Below are positions 48,375 to 54,410 of a DNA stretch of 54,410 bases, piece by piece. The notes under the pieces were generated by a model. It worked only from the letters and a program-made list of their open reading frames with translations, was not told the origin of the DNA and ran no database searches. The number at the start of each line of letters is the position of its first letter. The stretch's first letter is position 1. The position numbers and the translations under genes were made by a program. Source of the stretch: a virus (lineage: Duplodnaviria > Caudoviricetes); the IMG/VR virus record IMGVR_UViG_3300029266_000978, positions 1 to 54,410 of that record; one strand, given 5' to 3'.

Positions 48375-50096
48375 TTATTCCCATGGCATTTTTTCGCCGC
48401 TAACATTAATTTGTTCATGAGGTATAAAACAACCTGACTTCGGTTCCCATTTAAAATGTGCTTCAGCTCCATTAGTACCTAAGTTTTGAAACTTAACTTT
48501 TAACACTTTAGCTTTAACAGTTTTCTGTTCATAATCTCTATGAACTAATATACCATGATAAGAAGCATCATACCATTCACCTCCTCCTTTAATGTTATAC
48601 ATTGTAGGTTCTTCTATTTGTCCTTGTTGATTCTTATACATCTTAGTAGGATGTGCAACAATAAATACTAATACGTCATACTTCTTAGCAAAGAGTTCAA
48701 TCTTCATTAAGTATTCCATAGTATATCTATTAACATCCTCAGTCTTACAATCTACATCTCTTACCTTATTGAATGGATCAATGACTAAACATTTAATACC
48801 TTTACGTTTAACTAGCTCAGCTCCTTTACGAAGAACAGATTCTAAAGTATAACGTTCCATATCAATGTGGAAATAATTACTATTACAATGATCAGCTACT
48901 TGATTCCATCTTTCCCCACCAATATCTTCTTTAGTAGGCATGCCTTGCCAAGTCTTACGCATTAATTTATGAGCGTGTAAATAAGTTGGTTGATTCTCCG
49001 GCGAAGCAAAAGCCGTTTTCCATCCATAATTAGTATTGTATCCAATAACCATTTGATCGACAAAATCTGACTTACCGGAAGACGGAATGCCAGTAACAGT
49101 AATGAATTGACCAGTGTAAGTTGAAAAGATATCGTCAAAATTTTGAAGGCCAACTTGAAATCCTGGTTTAAAGCCATTGCGAACAAAGTCGGTAACTTCA
49201 TCTTCAACATCCCTGAACGTTGTAACATTCTCGAGAGGTACAGGTCTTGCTCCTTCAATTCTCTCTGATAGTTTTTGTTTTCCATATTTTTGTAGGTATT
49301 CATTTGCATCTTTGCAATCATCGAATGATGCTAGATAACAAACTTCAGAGCCTAACCTTCTGACTAATTCAGATTGTAATGCTTGTCCAGCTTCATCGGA
49401 ATCACATGCTAATATTATCTTTTCTTTATCGCTAAAGTAATCAATACAAGCATCTAAGTATTCTAAGTTATTTGTGTTAAGAGTTGCACCATTAGGAACA
49501 GATATAGCGTTTGGTATACCGGCTTCATGCAATGCTAATACATCCATTTCACCTTCTACTATAACACAATATTCATATCCTATTATACTATTTATATTAT
49601 AGAATACTTTTTCAGCACCCTTATATAACTTAAAGTTTTTTCTTCCATCGCGATACTTAATATTAATAAGTTGATCACCCATAAAATAATTAAACTTTAT
49701 AACATTCTCGGTTTTACCGGTCTGAGGCATAAACTCAGGACCCTCACTGATATTTAAATCAATAAGAGTCTGAGTAGATATTCCTCTTGTTTTAAACCAT
49801 TCAATTACTTTATCACTGACAAACTCAGGATTCGCACTAGTAGTCTTAGTGACTGGTCTAACGTAGGTTTTTTCACTAGCTCCCTTACGTTGGTACGTAT
49901 GTAATTGAAATGATGTATTACAATTGTGACAAGTACCGAGACCACGTTCCCAGTCGTAAGAAGCACACTTTGCTTTTACATTTTTGGGTTTTCTATCAGG
50001 AGAACAGTTAGGGCATATACCCTGTTTCTTTCCTTCCTCAAGCTTATGTTGATTGAATTCATCAATCTCAAATCCATTGATCTCTGTTGTCTGCAT
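48375..50096 (-). CDS. Bifunctional DNA primase-helicase (T7 gp4 / Twinkle-like)
   Basis: Zinc finger CPNC...CHNC, TOPRIM VEGEMD and DSDEAG, Walker A GIPSSGKS, and LVIDP. Confidence 0.93.
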   Translation of the reverse strand: MQTTEINGFEIDEFNQHKLEEGKKQGICPNCSPDRKPKNVKAKCASYDWERGLGTCHNCNTSFQLHTYQRKGASEKTYVRPVTKTTSANPEFVSDKVIEWFKTRGISTQTLIDLNISEGPEFMPQTGKTENVIKFNYFMGDQLINIKYRDGRKNFKLYKGAEKVFYNINSIIGYEYCVIVEGEMDVLALHEAGIPNAISVPNGATLNTNNLEYLDACIDYFSDKEKIILACDSDEAGQALQSELVRRLGSEVCYLASFDDCKDANEYLQKYGKQKLSERIEGARPVPLENVTTFRDVEDEVTDFVRNGFKPGFQVGLQNFDDIFSTYTGQFITVTGIPSSGKSDFVDQMVIGYNTNYGWKTAFASPENQPTYLHAHKLMRKTWQGMPTKEDIGGERWNQVADHCNSNYFHIDMERYTLESVLRKGAELVKRKGIKCLVIDPFNKVRDVDCKTEDVNRYTMEYLMKIELFAKKYDVLVFIVAHPTKMYKNQQGQIEEPTMYNIKGGGEWYDASYHGILVHRDYEQKTVKAKVLKVKFQNLGTNGAEAHFKWEPKSGCFIPHEQINVSGEKMPWE

Positions 50097-50153
50097 TTAT
50101 TTAATTTAATTTAATTAATTATTCTCCTACTAAAGGGATATGTTTGTCTGTAC

Positions 50154-50462
50154 TTAAAAAGGTAAATCGTCTGCAGGCATTGGTGCTGCTGCTGCTTGCT
50201 GTGGCTGATCGGTTCTTGGTGCTGCTGCAACATTATCTCCGTTAGTCCATACTACCTTTACATTTCCAAGATAAACCTTAGCTACTTTAGCTTCGCGCTC
50301 TTCTTTTGATTGTTCTACAACTACAGGTCCTTGATTACCGAACTGATCGACTTCATCATTGATTGTAATTGTGATAGGTAAATACTTACCCTTCTTTCCT
50401 ACATAGATCTTTTCTTTAGGAATTTCATTTAAATTGATACTTGCTTTAATAATACTTGCCAT
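50154..50462 (-). CDS. Putative single-stranded DNA-binding protein
   Basis: 102 aa with the acidic DDLPF tail typical of SSBs, adjacent to recombination genes. Confidence 0.7.
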   Translation of the reverse strand: MASIIKASINLNEIPKEKIYVGKKGKYLPITITINDEVDQFGNQGPVVVEQSKEEREAKVAKVYLGNVKVVWTNGDNVAAAPRTDQPQQAAAAPMPADDLPF

Positions 50463-50464
50463 AA

Positions 50465-51196
50465 TTATAGTGTTTGATTTATAAAATAATTTTGTGGATT
50501 AAAATCCGGGTTTTCGTAAAACAATTTATATGCTTCACATGCTCTTTCAACTTTATCCTTGCCTTTAGCATAGAATTCTTCTGAACAATCGTATATACCT
50601 ATTTGATTTGTTGATTTATCTATAGCTATGAATATTAATTCATAACCAAACAATTCACGATATATATAAGCTTGACTGTTATAATTATATTTTTGCGCAG
50701 AGTAACGGAATTTTGTTATATCGGCTGTTGTTTTTAAATCAATAACCAGTTTTTGATCGTGATTTATTATATCAGCTTTACCTTTCCAAAGTCTTCCATT
50801 TATCTTTGCAATACCAGGTACTTCATATTCAATGTTATTACCTTGTATTAAGTCTAAGCAAATTTCATTAGACATCATAGTGTCTATCATTACTTCTAAC
50901 TTATCTACTTCGGATTGTAACAAACACATTTCGCCACCTGATATCTCTTTATATGCTTTAGTATTTCTAGTAGTAGCTTCAACTATTCTAAATTTCTTAA
51001 GCTTTTCAGGTTCAAGAATTGCAGTATGAAAGTAACCACCTACTAAAAACGCTGGGATTTGCTTTTGAGCATCTCTTAGCGATAAAGGATTAGTTAATAG
51101 CTTAGAGATATCTGAGTTACTTAGAAATTGCTTTCCAAAGTCACCGTAATAATGCTCATCTATTCTAAGCTTATCTAGTTCTTCTTTTCTTGTCAT
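50465..51196 (-). CDS. RecE / exonuclease VIII-like PD-(D/E)xK nuclease
   Basis: LSNSDI, GGYFHTAILEP, KGKAD...IDLKTT and Y..QAYIY. Confidence 0.85.
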   Translation of the reverse strand: MTRKEELDKLRIDEHYYGDFGKQFLSNSDISKLLTNPLSLRDAQKQIPAFLVGGYFHTAILEPEKLKKFRIVEATTRNTKAYKEISGGEMCLLQSEVDKLEVMIDTMMSNEICLDLIQGNNIEYEVPGIAKINGRLWKGKADIINHDQKLVIDLKTTADITKFRYSAQKYNYNSQAYIYRELFGYELIFIAIDKSTNQIGIYDCSEEFYAKGKDKVERACEAYKLFYENPDFNPQNYFINQTL

Positions 51197-51696
51197 AATG
51201 TTTTTAAAGTTTCAGCAGGAATAGTATATTTAGATTTTATTGCATCCAACTTACCACCTGCTTTTAAGTAGTCTTTTGCTTTTGTTAATGCTTCTCCTTG
51301 AAGCGTTGGTTTATTAAGAGCATCACTGTCTTGAGTGTCATCGATTAGAAATAAATTTCCAAGAGCGTATTTTTTTCCATAAGAAGAAGCACTACCAAAC
51401 TTTTGCGGCATTTGCATACCTTTTTGAGCCAGGTCGATTCCGACGATTGAAGTAGCGTGTATAGCATTTTCACCATCAGACACAGTAGCTTTAGACTCTA
51501 GAATAGGAAAGTCTTGATTAGACTCTATTAATCTTTCGCTAATTATTACTGAGACACCTAGTTCTAGTAAATAAGGTTTAGTTGCTTCAAGGATGTCTTC
51601 GGCGGATCTGAAGTTATACTTGCCGAAGGAGTTAAATCTACTTTTTTTCGATTTGAACTTTGTCTGGATTGTAGCCAGCTTTTCATTTAATTGCAT
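51193..51696 (-). CDS. ERF-family ssDNA annealing protein
   Basis: FGKYNFRSAEDIL and QKFGSASSYGKKYALGNLFLIDD..DSD. Confidence 0.88.
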   Translation of the reverse strand: MQLNEKLATIQTKFKSKKSRFNSFGKYNFRSAEDILEATKPYLLELGVSVIISERLIESNQDFPILESKATVSDGENAIHATSIVGIDLAQKGMQMPQKFGSASSYGKKYALGNLFLIDDTQDSDALNKPTLQGEALTKAKDYLKAGGKLDAIKSKYTIPAETLKTL

Positions 51697-51722
51697 ATTG
51701 GTATTTGGTTTTGGTTTATTAA

Positions 51723-51754
51723 ATTATCTGCACTCTGTCGTAGTACGTTTGTAA
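51723..51754 (-). promoter_or_regulatory. Candidate early/middle promoter motif TTACAAAyGTAmTACGACA...GATAAT
   Basis: 26/32 identical to 54269-54300; both precede - strand genes. Confidence 0.6.
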
Positions 51755-51765
51755 AATTGTTTATT

Positions 51766-52515
51766 CTATAGGTAATCTATTACTTGATCAGGTTCGGTAT
51801 TAGCTATTAGTTTATCTATAGCTTCTTTTTTTATTTGTGATACTCTTACATTAGCTGTATCCATACTCATGTTTAATATAGAGGCAATTTTCTTTGCCGA
51901 CATTCTATCACAATCTAAACCATATGAATATCTTAATACATCATATTGTCTTTCAGTTAAGTATTCTCTCATTAAACCTAATAGATAAGCATTCATTAAT
52001 CCTATATTATAAGGAGCAGAGTTATCTTCTATTTGATACACAGGGTTTTCTTCGTCATTATTAGTGTCATCATAGCTTGAGAATACACTATTAAAAAATA
52101 AAGAAACCATTTTGTTATCTTCAGGGTTTTTTCTTATTTGATTTAATTTATGTTCTGGTATCTTTACATCTCCTCTATTAATATCTATAGCTCTTCTTAT
52201 AGCTCCCTTAATTCTTTTACTTAAGAATGATTTTAAAGTTTTTTCAATGTCTTCTGAATCAATTAATTGATCCCAGTCTAATTTATCTACTGCTCTAACT
52301 AATCCGGAATTACCTTCTTGTATTAAATCATTAATACTTAATACGCCTGAAGCTTGCTGAGATGTTGCAAACTTGCGAGCTAAGTTTTCTACCAACGGCA
52401 TAAACTTTATTATTAGTTCATCTCTTGTATAGTAGTCATAAAACTTGTCTTCTGGCATAGACGCTTTTAAATCCTCCTTATATCTTATATAATTTCGGAT
52501 ATTGTATTTTTTCAT
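51766..52515 (-). CDS. Phage sigma-70 family RNA polymerase sigma factor
   Basis: Region 2 LVENLARKF...DLIQEGNSGLVRAVDK; region 4 LTERQYDVLRYSYGL...RVSQIKKEAIDKL. Confidence 0.9.
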   Translation of the reverse strand: MKKYNIRNYIRYKEDLKASMPEDKFYDYYTRDELIIKFMPLVENLARKFATSQQASGVLSINDLIQEGNSGLVRAVDKLDWDQLIDSEDIEKTLKSFLSKRIKGAIRRAIDINRGDVKIPEHKLNQIRKNPEDNKMVSLFFNSVFSSYDDTNNDEENPVYQIEDNSAPYNIGLMNAYLLGLMREYLTERQYDVLRYSYGLDCDRMSAKKIASILNMSMDTANVRVSQIKKEAIDKLIANTEPDQVIDYL

Positions 52516-53129
52516 AGCTGTCTATTTAGTAGTTCTTTTTCTTTCTTAAGTTCATTACCCATGTTTCTATATATTGTTCTTGTTGAGCAACCAAGGTAAT
52601 TTGCTAATTTACTTATGGTTATTTTCTCCTTGCTGTGTACTATTATCATAGCATCGTAAATTTCAGACTCAGATATTTTGCTTCTACCTATCATGTGACC
52701 TACAATAGATAACTTTTGTCTTACATCAAGACCAGTAAAGTCTTTGAATATTATTTTACGTAATTTATTAGGAGGAGCTTTATCTAGATCCATAAGGGAT
52801 ACATCGTATACCATGCTTTCTAGTAATCTCTCTGAAACATTGAAGGTAGTAAAATTATTTCTATTATCACATATATATTCAGCTATTTTTTTAAAGCCTT
52901 CTTGCGTCATATTAGAATTCAAGTACCATAATACATATAGATGCCATTTAAGACTCTTATAAGTAGTGATTTTGGCCTTAGAGCCGAAGAGTGTATAGCA
53001 TTCATGCGTACCCTTCTCGTAAAAGTATCCCCAGTCAAATGTCTCTGTTGGTTTGTCTGAGATAGGATTTCTTTTATATGTAACTCTATGCCGATGCAGG
53101 TAATCCATTCTTCTTTCTTTCTGTGACAT
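52512..53129 (-). CDS. DNA-binding protein with C-terminal HTH (possible replication initiator or regulator)
   Basis: KITISKLANYLGCSTRTIYRNM helix-turn-helix. Confidence 0.7.
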   Translation of the reverse strand: MSQKERRMDYLHRHRVTYKRNPISDKPTETFDWGYFYEKGTHECYTLFGSKAKITTYKSLKWHLYVLWYLNSNMTQEGFKKIAEYICDNRNNFTTFNVSERLLESMVYDVSLMDLDKAPPNKLRKIIFKDFTGLDVRQKLSIVGHMIGRSKISESEIYDAMIIVHSKEKITISKLANYLGCSTRTIYRNMGNELKKEKELLNRQL

Positions 53130-53167
53130 TAGCCTCTTACTATTTATTAATACTAGCTAGTGTCGCA
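53122..53167. repeat. 12-bp imperfect inverted repeat over the start of the HTH gene
   Basis: TGTGACATTAGC-22 nt AT-rich spacer-GCTAGTGTCGCA. Confidence 0.75.
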
Positions 53168-53170
53168 CTA

Positions 53171-53374
53171 TTAGTATAAGATTAATTTTAGTCTTCTGTT
53201 ATATTTCTTAAAAAGCTTTGCTTTATTTTGTAGTCTTCCGTTACAAATAATTATATTTTTGTTTTGCTGGAATTCAGCTGAGATAACATCTCTTACAATA
53301 CTACCATGCAATTCAGCTATCCTACTGGTTAACAGCGCTATATGCTGCTTTTTTCTTTTGTTATCAAAGTTCAT
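53171..53374 (-). CDS. Hypothetical protein
   Basis: 67-aa ORF in the operon. Confidence 0.6.
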   Translation of the reverse strand: MNFDNKRKKQHIALLTSRIAELHGSIVRDVISAEFQQNKNIIICNGRLQNKAKLFKKYNRRLKLILY

Positions 53375-53642
53375 ATTTATTTTTAAGTGCTATTATTTTG
53401 TTATTAATTTCTGCAGCTTTAGTATAGTCTTCAACGTCTATCATTTCTTTACGAGCTTCCTCTAATTTAATTAACTCTTCAGCTATAAGATCTTGTTGAC
53501 TAACAGTGCCAAGAGATATATCGTCTTGTCCTTCAAGCATGCTTTCTAAATCTTTTTTAAATTCGTCGTCATGAGCTTTTTGTTTTTTAATAATTAAATT
53601 TACTATAGCTTCAGCTATTCTATTGATATCTTTGTCAGTCAT
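53364..53642 (-). CDS. Hypothetical protein with UVR-like C-terminal helical hairpin
   Basis: LEEARKEMIDVEDYTKAAEINNKI resembles the UvrB/C (EdYExAA) motif. Confidence 0.6.
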   Translation of the reverse strand: MTDKDINRIAEAIVNLIIKKQKAHDDEFKKDLESMLEGQDDISLGTVSQQDLIAEELIKLEEARKEMIDVEDYTKAAEINNKIIALKNKYEL

Positions 53643-53782
53643 TATTTTGTTTTAAATCTTTCCACTCTTTCTTTTACAGCTTTATTTATTTTAGCTTTTT
53701 CTTCATACCTATCTTTTAATCTTGTCTCTAGCCAACCAGTTATAGGATTTATTAAATGGTCGTTTAAGCTTCTATCTTTCAT
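53642..53782 (-). CDS. Hypothetical protein (46 aa, not in ORF track)
   Basis: MKDRSLNDHLINPITGWLETRLKDRYEEKAKINKAVKERVERFKTK; TAATG overlap downstream. Confidence 0.6.
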   Translation of the reverse strand: MKDRSLNDHLINPITGWLETRLKDRYEEKAKINKAVKERVERFKTK

Positions 53783-54251
53783 TAGGTCTAGTAATTATTT
53801 GTTCATTCTTATTTCGCACAGTATGTTTTTCATTCTCATAATAATTCCAGTAAGCTGTAACAGAATCGCCTTCAACTTTATATTCATCAGGCATACATTG
53901 AGGAGGTTGAGTAAAACCTGTGTTGAATATACCACCTGGAGTACGGCCTAATACTTTTTTGCATTTAGTTATAGTTAAATGTTGTCTGCCGTAACGCTTA
54001 GTGTATTCATCGCCTAAAGCTAACATATGAAAGTATAGCCAAGAGTAATTAGCGCTTGATTGTCTAGCCCATACAGCAGACGGATGGTTTTTGTGAGTTG
54101 ATTTATAAGGTACATCGGCATCTGAGCCATCAAGTAAATTATGTGCAGTACAAAGTAGTTGAGCAGATTCTAGTATCATTTTAACAACGTGCTTGTTATA
54201 CTGGTATTGTGCTGCTTTTTCGGGACAGCTGGATAAGTAAAATATATTCAT
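53772..54251 (-). CDS. Pyrimidine-dimer DNA glycosylase-like (DenV / Pyr_excise family)
   Basis: MNIFYL...KHVVKMILESAQLL...HKNHPSAVW...EYTKRYG...PPQCMPDEYK. Confidence 0.85.
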   Translation of the reverse strand: MNIFYLSSCPEKAAQYQYNKHVVKMILESAQLLCTAHNLLDGSDADVPYKSTHKNHPSAVWARQSSANYSWLYFHMLALGDEYTKRYGRQHLTITKCKKVLGRTPGGIFNTGFTQPPQCMPDEYKVEGDSVTAYWNYYENEKHTVRNKNEQIITRPNER

Positions 54252-54268
54252 AGTTATTGATTTATTAT

Positions 54269-54300
54269 ATTATCATTACTTTGTCGTATTACATTTGTAA
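54269..54300 (-). promoter_or_regulatory. Candidate early/middle promoter motif, second copy
   Basis: Reads TTACAAATGTAATACGACAAAGTAATGATAAT on the - strand, 17 nt upstream of the ATG at 54251. Confidence 0.6.
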
Positions 54301-54408
54301 TTCTAATTCAGCGTTAATATGATCACGAATTTCGTGGTAATTTACGTTGTCTAAAAAAGCTCTAGCGTAGTCAGCGGCTAATTGCGGTGTGTGTATAGCA
54401 TAATTCCC
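54289..54408 (-). CDS. C-terminal part of a hypothetical protein (truncated by the window)
   Basis: Open frame ...QLAADYARAFLDNVNYHEIRDHINAELELQM-stop. Confidence 0.55.
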   Translation of the reverse strand, partial: GNYAIHTPQLAADYARAFLDNVNYHEIRDHINAELELQM

Positions 54409-54410
54409 CC

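Noticed and set aside
15035-50096. Inteins or introns in terminase, RNR, thyA or primase-helicase
   Set aside because: Lengths are normal and motifs are contiguous, with no splice-junction or homing endonuclease motifs.
49926-53465. Plus-strand ORFs opposite replication genes (49926, 50832, 52744, 53259)
   Set aside because: Antisense shadows without supporting features.
1-54410. Stop-codon reassignment as in some crAss-like phages; tRNA genes
   Set aside because: The standard code gives intact, densely packed genes that end in TAA, TAG and TGA. No tRNA-like cloverleaf was seen in the short intergenic gaps.

Overview
AT-rich 54.4 kb fragment of a tailed dsDNA bacteriophage with podovirus-type morphogenesis and a gene order reminiscent of crAss-like and aquatic Flavobacteriia phages. 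A Bacteroidota host is inferred from A-rich leaders lacking Shine-Dalgarno sites. Two blocks converge on a bidirectional terminator at about 42.6 kb. The + strand block (1-42.6 kb) is late/structural: tail fibre, phage GroEL-GroES, a cluster of basic SP-motif proteins, holin, a second GroES-like protein, terminase, portal, scaffold, major capsid, tail ring/muzzle proteins, ejection proteins and endolysin. The - strand block (42.7-54.4 kb) is replication/nucleotide metabolism: class I RNR, endonuclease, MazG, ThyA, primase-helicase, SSB, RecE-like/ERF, sigma factor and DenV-like glycosylase. The most notable signal is a hidden coding layer. First, +1-frame overprinted ORFs sit inside conserved genes, including a 210-aa lipoprotein-like ORF in terminase, a 44-aa basic peptide in the scaffold, and translationally coupled ORFs in thyA and nrdB. 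Second, an IS3-style A_AAG plus pseudoknot -1 frameshift signal lies near the start of the 2182-aa virion protein. Two candidate phage promoter motifs were also found. All assignments come from manual motif recognition; no searches were run.
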